The notes beneath the pieces were generated by a model, which was not told where the DNA came from, ran no database searches, and was given only the letters and a program-made list of their open reading frames with translations. A DNA stretch of 64,000 nt, from the NCBI RefSeq assembly GCF_964355755.1, contig NC_092671.1, positions 2,914,001 through 2,978,000 of the forward strand, given 5' to 3'. The DNA comes from Antedon mediterranea. Its lineage: Eukaryota; Animalia; Echinodermata. The translations under genes were made by a program, and so were the position numbers. Positions 23,233-36,789 of the stretch are shown in pieces; position 1 is the first letter of the stretch; every line of letters begins with the position of its first letter.

Positions 23233-26200
23233 GAGCCATTGTCTGAAAGAATCAAAGAAATATCAAAAAGAGTGGCAGACTCAAAAAAATGGATTTCTTT
23301 CAAATTTTGCACATGGCTATATATGTGTTGAGAGAAATCAAATATGAAGTTTTTTTTTTCACACGTATATTTCCATGGCAACGGCCAAATTTGTGTTTTT
23401 GACAAATTTTGTCCTTTTTTAAGGTTTTTTAAAATGGATATTGGTACTACTTTGATGAACGATATTTTTTGTTTTGTTCATGTAATTATAAAAAATAATT
23501 AGTGTATGCATAATAACAATGCATTGTGTACCTGTTTCAAATTTTTTAATTTTTTTTTATTTCATACCTTGGGAGATACCATTTATTTAAAAAGGGGTGT
23601 TTTTAACTTTTTTTAAATTGTTCAATGCAACTAAACTTTACTTCACCATAACGCCCAAAGTGGTGTATTTTTTTAGCTGATTTATTACAAATAGGTAGTT
23701 CTAATGTTTAATAATTGATTTATAAAATAAAATACTGGGGTAAATTTAAAATCTACAAGCAGTGTTGCGAGAAACATAGGCATTTTTATTTTTAAAAAAC
23801 ATGATATATTAGTAAAAACATTTTATTTTCTTTGATTATTTGATTTGAAACCCATTGGTCAGAAAAATTCTTAATGTTTTATATAGTTCTAGTTGTGTTG
23901 TGAGAAAAAAAATAAATTTTTAATTATAGATTCTGTAATTCCCAGTTTTAATGTCATTTTATAGGTTATATCCTCTGGAAATTTGAATAAATTATCAGAT
24001 ATCGTTGTGAATTTTAATCTTTGCAACAGGTTACTCCTCTCTTATTTTGAAGCTCCTCTTTCATTTGTTTACTTCTTTTATTTGCTAACCTAAGCAGATC
24101 CCACATGCCCATCTACCACCACTTTCGACCCCCCCCCCCCCCACCACGACTATAACCACAAAAAGATAAACTGCAACACTTTGGTCGATCATCCACTAGA
24201 GTGTCAAATGCATGCATTTCAAGCACCACCCACACTGTCGCTACTATCGCTCCAATGAATAGACGGATTCAAACTCCTCCATCCCACCCCCTCCCCTTTC
24301 TCCAAGCCCCCACCCACCCCAAGTTAAAAATTGCAATGCAAAAGATATGACATAAAGTTAAGTTTTTAGACCCTCGCCTTCAACCCCCTAACTATTTAAA
24401 AGTCCTGGATCCACCACTTTCCCCTCCCCAAAATAGAACCAATCAAAAGTCAATGATATACTCAGGTATGTTAATGCTACATAACAAATATTGAAGCCCT
24501 GATTTGAAATTTCATTTCATTTAAGGTCAGCATGTAGGCCTAAAATATCACACTTTATTATTAAATATTGGTTTTAAATTCTATATCTTTTTTACTGTGA
24601 TGGTTGGATTCAGTATTAATTATTAATTAATAATTATCTGATAATTATTTAATTTCCCTTAGTTATGCATAGCAACAGTTACTATGGTAACTAAAATTGA
24701 GATATTCTTTAGATTTTGCATATTTATCTTATACATATTTAAATTTGTAGATTATTAGCAGGCATGCCTTATTTGCATTTTCAAATTACCGTTTCACAAG
24801 GTCATATTCGTAAGCACGTTCTTCTGTGATTATTTTTATTCATGAAAACCCCATATTTTATTTACAGCGGCCACCTCCCTTAACGGACGCACTTTGAAAA
24901 GCCTGTTTGTTCTTCCTATCTAATTAGTGCATTTAGTGCTTACCATAAGCAGCTGCGGGCACCTTTTTATACAAAATGAGATTTTTTGTAAGCGGCCAAT
25001 CGAAAAATGTGATACTTATTGCATGGACCTATGAATTAGGTGCATGTTTATTTTATTTCTTTATATATTAGCTTTATTTTGAAGAGGTTTTAAAAACATT
25101 ACTGTGAAGAGATGAGAAAACTACACAGATTTTGTCTGAAAATGCTATACTAAACCACCTGATTATAAATAATAATAGGCCTACAATTATAAGCGGCCAC
25201 TTTTCCAGGTCCCGAGGGTGGCCACTTACGGGAGGTTCAACTGTATTTAAAAAAACAATTATCCTTAGTTATCCATAGAAACAGGTTCTAACATAACATA
25301 AATAATACATTTTGACATAACTTGACCCAACAAATGACCCTTTCATAAGGTCAGACATTTTCTGGGATTCAGTAGATAAGTAAATTTGGGAAAAGGTAGT
25401 AAAGCTATGTTATCAATTGTTTGTAGTCATGAAACCCCGTTACGTATAGAAACAGTTGCTACAATACACTATAGGTAAAATGTTGATGTCATTTGACCTC
25501 AATATGTAAAAAAAAATTTTTTCTTGAAAACTCCATATTTAATTTTTTTTTTTTAATATCATTAGTTACGTAAACAGGTTTAAGATAACACTAAAGGTCA
25601 TTTTTTTACCTTTATTCAGATTCGTCAAGACTTTCTTTCTGAGATTATTAGGATTCAGTATTTAAAGTAAATTTGGCAAAAAGTAGAAATGTAAAACAAT
25701 GTAAAAAAAATGTTTTGTATTTATGGAAAACCCCTTATTTTTTTGAAATTTTCGCATAGAAACAGTTACTATGGTAAAATTTTGACCTCAAAATGAATGA
25801 ATTTACAAGGTCAAGTTTGTCATTAATGGAATGCAGTAGAAGTAAAATTGAGAAAAATTACAAATGCAATCAATTCTTTGTATTTATAAAAACGCCATTT
25901 TTAACGTTTTTTTAAAAATTACTTTCCTTAGTTACACATAGAAATGGTTGCTAAGGTAACACTATAGGTAAAATATGAAAATTGTTGAGAATTGTTATGA
26001 ACTATCTTGTAAATTTTGATCAAACATTAATAGTTGTAGTAAAGTGGGGACCTGTCCTGTTTTGCATTCTGACCCCTTTTGACCTCAAATGACCTATTTA
26101 CAAGGTCAGATTTTTTGGGAGGTCTTTCTGTATCTCTTTACACAAAATAGATTTAAAAATTTATAAAAACCATTGACGCAATTATTTCCAAGTTTAACAT

Positions 26201-26961
26201 TATTTTCCATCAACTAAATATTTCAATGCAAAATACTGTTTTTCTGGCAATTAATTGAAATAAACCTGGCAACACATTCTTCTATTTTATCTAAACTATT
26301 CGTATGACTCTAGTAGCATTATGACAAGCCAAATATACATTTTATTATTGGATTAGCCATATTTAAATTGTGTTTCATGTGTTTTGTTTGTTGATATTTT
26401 GTTATATTTTTTGTATTTTTCGTATTTTCCTGGCAACACAAAACCTATGTACAAAATTTACCCCAGTGTTTTTTTCATGATTATTGTTGACAAACCTATT
26501 GACTATCAAATTAAAAAACCTCATTGATTTAAAAACACCACTTTGGAAGTTATAGGTACGTTTATGAGGTATACTTTTATAAAAAAAATATTTTTTAAAA
26601 ACACCCCTTTTTAAAATAATGTTATCAACCAAACTCCATTTTGTAATTTATTTTTTTTCTACATTAAATGGAACTCAATACATGTTGTTTACACTGCTAT
26701 AAACAAAAACTGTATACTGTAAGTATTTTTGGTTAAAATAAGTATACAAGTTTGTACTTTTTCACTATAGAAAATCTGTGAAAAATGACAAAAACATCAA
26801 AATTTGGATAATTGACCGTTGTCATGGCAACGGAGGCTAAAAATTAAAATGAATGTTGTAGATATGCTTTTCATTGAAATGTCTATTCATGGTAAAAATT
26901 TGAGAGAAATCCATTTTTTTACATCTGCCACCAAATCTTTGATTTTTACAGACAATGGCTC
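23233..26961. mobile_element. Non-autonomous Sola3-like DNA transposon
   Basis: GAG...CTC termini (GAGCCATTGTCTG / CAGACAATGGCTC), TTAA on both flanks, imperfect TIRs of roughly 500 bp or more, no coding capacity. Confidence 0.8.
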
Positions 26962-27278
26962 TTAATTTCTTTTTGATGATCCAATATATTTGAATACAAT
27001 CGTAAAAGAAATTATGTCGCTTACACATGATCATCTATATATAAATTTACGTAAGGGCAGAATTCGTTAAATCGCACCTTACTTATAGAATTTTTACTCG
27101 ATGGTATATAACGTTGGTTCACACTTTCGGTACTGATTTTAACCACCTGATGTAACCGTAATTAAATTGAGTTAGATAATTAGTTATTGACGATTAAAAC
27201 GAATTTAGGTTCAACGATTTGCCCCAAATATGGGTGTTTTCCGATCGTGGTATACACTGTATAATGGATGTCCCGGGG

Positions 27279-27611
27279 GCGATTTTTTTTTCGTACATAA
27301 GTTGGGGACCCCATGTGAAAGATAGCCGAACTACTTCCTAAATATAACTAAACCTAACCCTCCAAATAATCTCTCTCTCACTATAAAGTAAAAGAAGTAG
27401 CTCATGGGAGTCGAACCCAATACATCGACATGTAAAGTCCATAGTCTTATCCACTCGACTACACAGACGGCTCGACAGAAATCGTTTGCATTAGCGAATT
27501 GTAGTGAGCTGAATTCTTACGTCACACCTTATGGATATGATTAATGAATATTCATTTCTTTTGTGACGTTTCACGAGGGGTCCCCAACTTATGTACGAAA
27601 AGAAATATCGC
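27279..27611. mobile_element. MITE with about 40-bp TIRs, a 9-bp TSD and an internal tRNA-like segment
   Basis: TIR GCGAT...TTCGTACATAAGTTGGGGACCCC at both ends. Flanks GTCCCGGGG and GTCCCGTGG. Nested in a copy of the 7339-7575 repeat. Confidence 0.75.
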
Positions 27612-28779
27612 GTCCCGTGGGATGTCCATCTTGAAAAATACCCGCACACAATAATACGAGGATGCTTCGCATTTTCCTATCTCCTCCTACGATAATTGTT
27701 TTTAATAGCTGAAAACCGGTTAAACAGCTCGAGTACAGCATGATAATGTTGAAGACAGGCCGATTTTCTTTAAAAAAATACTATTTTGATAGATTTAATA
27801 TACGTTCATACAAATGTATTGATTTGCGATGAATGGAACATTCCAATCTCTCAGTCTGCCAGTTTGGTTTAACACAAGTAGTAAATTTATGAGCCCTTGG
27901 AGAATAAACTTGCAATACTTTGGCAATACTGCAAATACCTATTAACCATTTTGGTCGTCATTTTGAATCGAACATTTCTTACCGTGAATGTGCGTACTGT
28001 TAGATGTAAAAAATATATACAAATAAACTTTATTACTGTGATTGTGGATAGGCTCTACAGTTAGATATATAAACACATAATAATAATATACAAATAAACT
28101 TTATTACTGACAGTTGCTTCTCAACGTTTGTATTAATTAATAATTACAAAAAATATAAACGTCGTAGTAGTGTATCGTTACATATACTTTACTATTTCAA
28201 TCGACTATGACAGTGACTGTTTCAACAAAGTATTAAATCGCAAATGTTTTACTATATTTAGTGGTATATTATTTATAGGCCTACAAAACAATATTTCGTT
28301 ACTGAGTGGATAAAGAACTTATTTAAAAATTGTTCCTCTTTGTACCTATCCTCTTTCCCATCCCTCAACCCTAATGTTACATACAAAACACAAGTTGGGT
28401 TTCTTTAAATGAGTCCAAATAAAAAATTTGGACTTATTTTGTGGTATGTTTCTCTTTCGGAAGTAATTTCCCGGGTGCTAATTTTGGTTGACTACAATCA
28501 TCGTGTCTATTTATTATTATTATTATAGTTTTATTATTTATGTATTATAGTCCTGCGGTACGTACATTTGAAATCGCCAGTTTTTTTATGCTGAAATTAC
28601 TGTGTATTCGAGAACCATTATGTGGGCACGACCTAGTTGATGTAATTGATGTAATCGGCAAAATCTCACCACATGAGTGTACGATACCCTTTTTCTCACA
28701 TCACCTCTCTGTCTCACACACTTTTTGGAAGACCTCCTTCTCCCCTGGATCCGCCTCCGGTCAGTCTCAAATATCTATC

Positions 28780-29330
28780 TGCATCTGTTAGTCACTTTTA
28801 AAATTTCATGTTAAAATAATGAAAACGGTTTTTTTGATCAATTATGCAAGAACCGTTCGATTGATTGTTTTTTGAAGATTTTTTTCAAAAGCTCCATTGG
28901 AAAAAATTAAATGCAGAATATACTCAGAAACAAGACTCAAGGTTTTAGAATTAATGGTTAGGAAAGGGATAATTTTCGAATAGGTGGTGAAAACCTCAGG
29001 CCTCCGGAAACTGTATTGTAATTTTGTTTTTGGAGGGTAAACATTGCGCTGATGATAATCCGAAAAATTCCAGGAAATTTGTGTATAGGCCTACCTATAT
29101 CTTACCTTATACTTGCATCTGTTCGTCACTTTAAAGTTTCATGTTAAATGAATACGGTAAGTAAATTAGTTGATCAATTATGCAAGACCCGCCTGAATTG
29201 ATTGTTTTTTTTTTTCAAAAGCGCCATTGAAAATAATTGAAAAAAAGATGCAGAATATACTTCGAACAGGACTTTAGAGTCAATGTTCAGGAAAGGGTAA
29301 TTATTTTTCAAGAAACCCTCTCACTGGCTC
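28780..29330 (+). repeat. Diverged tandem duplication (about 335-bp period)
   Basis: TGCATCTGTT...TTTCATGTTAAA...TTGATCAATTATGCAAGA...TGCAGAATATACT...AGGAAAGGG at 28779 and again at 29115. Confidence 0.7.
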
Positions 29331-30119
29331 TACAAATAAAATCTCAGTGTATTAAATTACAGGCTTTACCAAGTGTATTCAATTCAACTCAAAATAACAT
29401 TTATTTCTTTTTCATTTGAAAAACTTATGGAAAGTCAGTTAAGAAAAACAATTTTTAATAAAATTGATGTTTAATTTAACATGCAGAAACAAAACAGAGA
29501 AAACACGCAAAGCACAAAAAGATGTTAATATTATATAATAATAATAATAATATTAATATGAAAGCAAGAAAACCAAAATGAATTTTGTCTTTCCTCTTTT
29601 TTTTTGCGATAGGCCTATTGCAAGTTATTGTTTGAATAGGATTTGTTTTCGTTCGAGAGAAACATGTTTTTGAATGGACCATTTTAATTTCGTCGGGGAA
29701 ATCATCATATATTTGGTGCCATTAACGGATATTATGTTGCATTAATGTTAATTTGGTAAATGGAGGATGGAGGTTACAGGAGGATCTAGTATTGTGGGTA
29801 TGATTGTTATTGTTTTTTTATGAAGCCGCAAAAAACAATGTACAATGTTTATGTAGTTTATTTCAAATTATCTATGCAAAGAATAAATTTGTTTTAGGAA
29901 AATGTATTTTGCTTACGTTTCCCGAAAAATTATGTATAGTTAGTTAACATATTATGGGTATGATTGTTATTGTTTTTTTATGAAGCCGCAAGAAAATTTA
30001 GTTGGAAGTAAATAATTGCAATGCCCATGAACGTATTCATTCCAAGCTGAGACTTATACTTTGTCACTCCGGTGTAACATTGCTGTTTTAAACCTATTTT
30101 AAATATACAGGTTATATAT

Positions 30120-30701
30120 GGTACATTTTCGGGGAACGAGGTTCATATTGAGAACTCTCGATTGCCACTCCTACCGACAGTGTATTTCCAAGCGGTTTCA
30201 CGCGATCATTTTCCAGCAAACTAAATTCATTCATTTTATTGTTCCACATAAAACGTACTCTTATTTCATCGAAAATAAATTTTGAAAATTTTAAGCGTGC
30301 GTACGCATGCGTTACATGCGCTACGCACGTAATTGTATTGCCATATGATGATTTATGCCCTGAAATTTATGAGTACCAAATTGTATTTAATTGTGATTCA
30401 TGGTTGTGAAGATATGATTACAAACGTGATTTCGTTAAATCGTGCGTAGACCGCGTAATTTTTTATTGCGCACCGTGAAAACATAACCACATTGATTCCT
30501 GGCCATAAGGAATATACTGTGAAAAATTGACCTAGCTAGATTCAACTGATATCAAGATAAGGTCAGAAAGCGATAAAACGCATAGTGATACCGGACCGAC
30601 AGACCGACAGACAGACAGACCGACAGACAGACCGACAGACAGACAGACCGACCAACCGACCGACATAGTGAACTATAGAGTCGCTTCCACGCGACTAAAA
30701 A
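30120..30701 (-). mobile_element. DINE/HINE-like (Helentron-derived) non-autonomous element
   Basis: Minus strand begins TTTTAGTCGCGTGGAAGCGACTCTATAG (short hairpin), followed by a (GTCT/GTCG)n microsatellite at 30590-30665. Left boundary uncertain. Confidence 0.55.
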
Positions 30702-30939
30702 CGGAAAAAAATATAAATAGAAAGGTCTATTAATCCATTTATAATTATTGTAGGCTTTTTTCAGGCAATATTTATGTGAGTATCGACGCAGTCTACAATT
30801 CTTCAAACGCTCACAAAATACACGATAAAACATTACGTTGAATTACATTGAGTAGGACTTTTGGAACTAACTAACTAAGCTCGTTTGTTCCTCGTGGATT
30901 ATTATTGAAAACTCTTCAGTTGTAGGCCTATATGGGCGA

Positions 30940-31400
30940 AATTTTAAGTAATCAGCCCTGATTTTCTCTAACCCAGATTTTAATCTATTTATGGAAGAAG
31001 CACAAACAACATTTTGAGGAAGTGAGTTCCAATCCTCAACTACTCTTAATGTAAAAAAATGTCTCCTTATTTCTAGCCTTGATTTGAGCCTTGACAACTT
31101 AAAAAAAATGACCTCGTATTTTTGTGAAAGTTGATTTTTGAAATCCTATTGCTTTCAATAGAATCTATGTTGTTTATTATCTTGTATATTTGGATAATAT
31201 CTGCTCTTTTTCTTCTGTAAGCCAACGTTAGTAGTTTCAGAATCGTGAGCCTTGGTCAACACATCCAGTGCCTTTTAAATCAGATACTAATCGAGTGGAT
31301 CTCTGCTGCACACATTCAAGCTAATTTAAATCTTTCTGGAACCTTTGAATCCAAGCACTACCGTCTATATAATAGGCGTCATATTATAGATTTTTATTAG
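30940..31400 (-). mobile_element. CR1-clade LINE 3' fragment (decayed)
   Basis: LKLLTLAYRRKRADIIQIYKII and RRHFFTLRVVEDWNSLPQNVVCASSIN are typical CR1 ORF2 C-terminal motifs. Confidence 0.8.
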
Positions 31401-32753
31401 GACCATGGATAGTAGGACCGACGTTTAAATAAACGTCAGGTGATCATCCATTGGGGTTGTTGTCAGATCTCCAACACCAACATTCATTGTTCATCAATAA
31501 AATCTAGCCAAATAAAACCAATCTTCGATCAGCGTCTCGCAAACCTTTATTATATGGTTTAAAATCCTCTTCCGAGGACCAACCTGTGGCCCAACTACTC
31601 AGGTAGACTAACGTATATGAGAGTCGTCACATCTGAGCTGCACCATGAATGAGGTTGAGGTAAGATAATGTTAAGAATATATGGACCTCAGGTCTTCGGA
31701 AATTGTAATTTTGTTGATGATCCGGACAAATTCAGAACAGCCCCGATTTCCCTGTTATAACGTACACGATATATATCAGAATTTTACATTGCGGCGATCG
31801 GCACGTTAGCCGCACATATTCAAGAGTCCGCCACCTCAGCACCAACCTCCACCATGGTTGCAGCTGTAGGTCCCTGAAAATCGCTTTATATTTTGGACAG
31901 GCCACTCTGTCGCGTCGTCATAGTTCACACACGATTTTACAGTACATTTCGATAGAAACAAGTCACACAATAAACATTTTCAGCAACATCAAATATGTTT
32001 CATAAGCCACACTGCGACCCTTCGAAAATGTTTCGCGGACCATAGTTTGCGGAACATCGTTCTAAATTACTAGACCTAGTAAATTTACAGGACAATTCTA
32101 ATAACATTTTAGTACAATTCTAGACAGTAAATTACTGTAAAATGTAATTAAAAGTATGATAAGCACCTACAGTAAAACATTTGTTTTGAAATGAAAAGAG
32201 AGAAATGAGAGAGAAATAAAATCGGGCAACAGAAACAAAAAATAACTAAGGCTAACATACCACAAATAATCAAAAATAACATAAAAGCTGTTTTTAGATA
32301 CTGCTTCTTTGATATCAGCTGAAACATTGTTCCAAAATGTAGGATCGTAGCTGCTCCAACTTGAGACAAGGTTGCAATTTAGATTTCTATTCCACGGATT
32401 ACAAGCTAATTAACGAAAAAAAATATTTAGTACTAATAATGCCTAATAGGCCTATAAATCTGTATAGACTACAGATACTTGGTCTAACCATTAGACAAAA
32501 TGATAGCTTATACAAATTCTGTATTACTAAAATTGTATATAGGTCTAGATATCAAGAAGTATATTAAACAGTAAACACCTACCAAAGATGCCTCTCTAAA
32601 GTAAGCGACCAAGAACAACAATTCTGCAGTAGCCTATTACAACATATACAAAGCACTAATAGTTACTTATTCGTCGTAGAGGGTGTAAATGCAAAAAAAG
32701 GTCATTGAACTTTGGTCGAGAATAGAAGTTATTACGTAGTAAGTCTATTTTAA

Positions 32754-33084
32754 AGATGTATTGTCCTCCTTAAAAACAAATAATTGAATTTTACATTTTT
32801 TGGTTGAATATGCCATTTTAATGTCACATAATAGTTTATTCACTTTGACCAAAAATTGGATCGAAAAAATATATATATTTACTTGAAAAAACTGCAATTT
32901 AAAGCAAAAAAATAGTCAAATATAATTGTTTATTTTGTCTTTTTAAAAGTAAAATCAATATTTTTGTTTCCATTTCCATTTTGTTTTCTATGGAAGTGAA
33001 TAACTTCATTAAAACTACAAAATGGGCTATTAAAAGTCTTTTTATAAATCTTTATTTTTTATGATTTTGGGAGACAATATATCT
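32754..33084. mobile_element. Kolobok-type MITE
   Basis: TTAA|AGATGTATTGTC...GACAATATATCT|TTAA. Confidence 0.8.
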
Positions 33085-33194
33085 TTAAATAGTTATGAAT
33101 GTCCCTTTAATTGAATTAGGGACTAGAAACCAATTTCACAGACACCTGCATAGTACTCTAAATACATGGAAGAATTATATAAATAATTCTTCCA

Positions 33195-35550
33195 TTTTTA
33201 TTATTTTTTATTTGAACAATATTTTATGAGGGTGGTCCATCCAGCATCCGCTGATCATTAGGGACCCTCAAGCAAACAGAAAATACAAAATAAACTATAA
33301 AAACACAAAATTAACAAAGATATAAAAAATAGCTATATAAATATATATAAAAAAATACAGAATGCCAACAATGAAAGAAGGAAAAAAAGAAAAAAAATCA
33401 GAGAGAGAAAAACAGGTGTTTTTTCAAAAGAGATTTAAAGGAGAAGAAATTGTAAGAGTTACGAATGCTTAAAGGTAGAGAATTAAAGAAAGAAGGAGCA
33501 TTGAAACTAAAAGAAAGTTTAAAGATTTCAAGGTAAGGACGAGGGATAAGAAGATCTCCTTTAGTAATTTGCCTAGTGTTCATACGGCCGTTGGAAGTTA
33601 CTTTAGTTAAAAGCTGACAGATAGTAAGAGGAGCAGTGTGATGTAGAGCTTTGAAAGATAGACATGCAAGCTGAAAGAGGTATCGTTCATAGAAGGGGAG
33701 AGTCTTAGCACTGGAAAAGTGATGAGGAGAGAGATGTGTAGTGGGAGATAGATCGAGTAGTAGACGGATAGCTTTATTCTGGATTTTTTGAAGTTTAGTG
33801 GTAGAAGAAGGTTTAGAACCCCAGACAGAGCAGCAGTAGTCAAGTCTAGAAAGGAAAAGTGAATTGTACAGAAGATGAAGAGAAGATTTGTTTGTAAATT
33901 TAGAGGTACGTTTGAGTAAGTAGATAATAGAATTGAGTTTTTTACAGAGGGAAAATATGTGAGATTTCCAGGTTAGAGTATTGTCAATTATGATTCCAAG
34001 GTGTTTATGAGAAGTAACAGATTGAATTGGAGAATCATTAAGAGTAAGGGTGATAGAGTTAGATTTAAGTTTTTGAGAAGAGCCAATGAGCATAGATTTA
34101 GTTTTTGAGATATTGAGTGTTAGTCTGTTAGATTTTAGCCAGGTAGAGAGATGAATTAGAGCATTATTAAGATTCTGTTCCATAAGTTTAGAAGAAGAGT
34201 TAGAATAGTAGATGATGACGTCAGCATACATGTCAACATGTAGATTAGAGTTAAGAGAGATTAGAGAAGATGAAAGGTCGTTAATGTAGATGGAAAAGAG
34301 AAGAGGACCAAGAGTGGAGCCTTGAGGAACTCCAGTAGAAAGAAAACCAGAGGAAGAAAGAGTTTTTTCAAAAAGAACTTTTTGAGAGCGATTAGAAAGA
34401 TAAGATCGGAGCCAAGAGATAGTTGAAGGAGAAAATCCATAGTAGAGTAATTTAGCAAGAAGAATATTATGGTCAATAGTGTCGAAAGCTTTTTTGAGAT
34501 CGATAAAGATTGTGCCAGTAAGTTTCTTATTATTGATATTGTGAAGCCAGTTATCATATGTGTTGGTAAGAGCAGTAAGAGTAGAATGTTGGGGACGAAA
34601 TCCAGATTGAGAAGTAGATATTAAGTTATTAGAGTCAAGGTAAGAATAGATTTGTTGGGAAATAGATTTTTCAATAATTTTGGAGCAAAGGGGAAGGATA
34701 GAGATAGGCCGGTAGTTGTTAAGGTCATTTCTTTTGTCTGATTTAAAGATAGGAATAACTTTAGACGTTTTCCAGGCAGAGGGAAAGCAATTAGAATTGA
34801 TAGAGAGATTAAAGTAAGTAAGTAAGATGAGGAACAATAATAGTAGAAGCAGCTTTAAGAAAATTACCATCAATTAAATCAGGTCCGGTAGAAGTATTGG
34901 GATTGATGGATGTTAATTCAGTTTGGACAAAGTCTTCATCGATGCAGCTCAGAGAAAAGAAAGAGTTGCAAAAAAAAAGACAGATAAGAAGACGGGTCAG
35001 GACAATTAGAGGCGTCAATAAGAGAAGAAAGCTTAACAGCATTGTTAGTGAAGAAAGAGTTGAAAGAGTCGGCAATAATTAAATGATCAGAGATTTCTGA
35101 GCCATTAATTGAAAAAGACGGAGGGAAGGTATTAGATTTAGAAGGAAGAAGATTTTTCAGGCCATTCCAGATTTTTTTAGTATTACCTTTGTTGTTATTT
35201 AAGAAAGACATATAGTAAATTGCTTTAGCATCTCGCCATAGTTTAGTTACAGAATTTCTAATTTTACGGTAGTTTTTAAAGTCAATATCGTTTTTGGTTT
35301 TATAAGCTTTGACTTTTAAAGCATCTCTTTGGTGAAACATATAAAAAATGTCATGTCTATTATTGAGCCATTTTGGCAATGTCATTTTAAAACGTCTAGT
35401 GACATAAGGGGTAAACTTGTTGCAAATATGTGAGAATTTGGAGGTCCAAAACGTGAGTGCAGCATCGACATTCGTTAAGTTGTAGAGATCTTGCCAATTC
35501 TGGTGTTGAAGCTCATTTAAAGTTTCTGATATCCTCACAATTGTCAACAC
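33195..35550 (-). mobile_element. 5'-truncated L2-group (L2/Crack/Daphne-like) LINE with frameshifted ORF2
   Basis: ORFs 34936-35550, 34809-35075 and 33398-34873 give the linker and RT (NYRPISIL, DLKKAFDTI, GVPQGSTLGP, damaged YAD-V, HLGI). 3' hairpin region and A-rich tail near 33200-33270. Confidence 0.92.
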
Positions 35551-35554
35551 GACA

Positions 35555-35968
35555 TTAAGGTTTAAACCAATTATATCGTGAAAGGCTTTTTTCTAATATA
35601 CATGTATAATGTGTATATATTTTTTTCATTTACCGATGTCGGTACTTATTTCATTTATATCATGAAAATATAGAAATATAATTTTAAATAATTTTGATAA
35701 AGAAGATAGTTAGTTATGTTATTATACTGTAATTTTTATCCTCAATTATATAATTATATACTCTAGGTTTATTTTTATTTTTTTTGTAATGTGTTTTGTT
35801 TGTGGGTCCCTGTGAGACAAGTTTTAAACTTCTAGAAGGGATCCATGATAATACTGACTACCAATTACTGCTTTATCTATGTTCACTTTAATATCTTTTT
35901 TCTATTTTGTATATGTTCATTCATTATTATCTGAATAAATGTTATCTGAATCTGAATCTGAATCTGAA
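35555..35968 (+). mobile_element. LINE 3' UTR/tail fragment with (TCTGAA)n end
   Basis: GGGTCCC...AAGTTTTAAACTT...GGGATCC stem, AATAAA and four TCTGAA repeats. Confidence 0.6.
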
Positions 35969-36427
35969 CATTTTCTTAGACGGTGTCAATAACACAATAT
36001 TGTATATTATACAAGTAAAAAACACCATTTTGTATGTTTGGTGGCCGTTCGGAGCACGTCATACGCCTACATAAGTCAATAGGTTGGAAATAAGTGGTGT
36101 GTAGGCCTATGCTAAACGCAACGCAAGTGAGTTGACCAATGACAATCGACATTTCGAATAATCAATCGCGTGTGATTGGTCAAATTACTTGCGTTGCGTT
36201 CTAGTGGGAACAAAGTTTTAACCAACGTACGCCAGCTTATCCCTCAAATATACGTACGTTGGAGAAATATGTTGGAGAAATACGTCAAGTGATGGTCAAC
36301 ATAGTGAGCGAGTGAGGCCAGGGAAAGACCACTATAAACAAACAAGTGGAACTTAAATGTGTATAATGCGAATGAATAGGAGACAATGTGACACAAAGTT
36401 GCCACCAAATACTTTTACGTTTACAAC

Positions 36428-36782
36428 GAGTCATATGGCCGAGCGGTTAAGGCAGGGGTGCCGTTTACCGTATCTAAAGAGCCAACAACAACATCGGCAA
36501 GGGTTCGAGGCCGACTCGCTCCTAGTTCTGGTGGTTGAACAAGTCTTCTCGGATAAGGACTATAAACCGTAGGTCCAGTGTACACAGTTATAACCTGTGT
36601 GTACTTTAAAGAACCCAGTTCATTATTCGAAAAAGAGTAGGGGGTTACCCCGGTGAACTGGTTCACACAATAGCCCCTGTATCAGGGGGATTACCACCTA
36701 TCTGATAGGACAGTGATTAATTCACTATTGGTAATCCTTGGCCACATTGCCTAAAGACATAAAATAAATAAATAAAATAAAA
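36428..36782 (+). mobile_element. tRNA-derived SINE with Deu/Nin-like central domain
   Basis: A box TGGCCGAGCGG, B box GGTTCGAGGCC, central CTCGGATAAGGACTATAAACCGTAGGTCC...TAAAGAACCC...TTCGAAAAAGAGTAGGGG...CCCCGGTG, and an (AAAAT)n tail. Confidence 0.8.
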
Positions 36783-36789
36783 CATTATA

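Noticed and set aside
29476-32369. Hydrophobic short ORFs (29476-29682, 32148-32369; likewise 6234-6660 and 55545-55832)
   Set aside because: These are products of low-complexity T-rich sequence, without splice or domain support.
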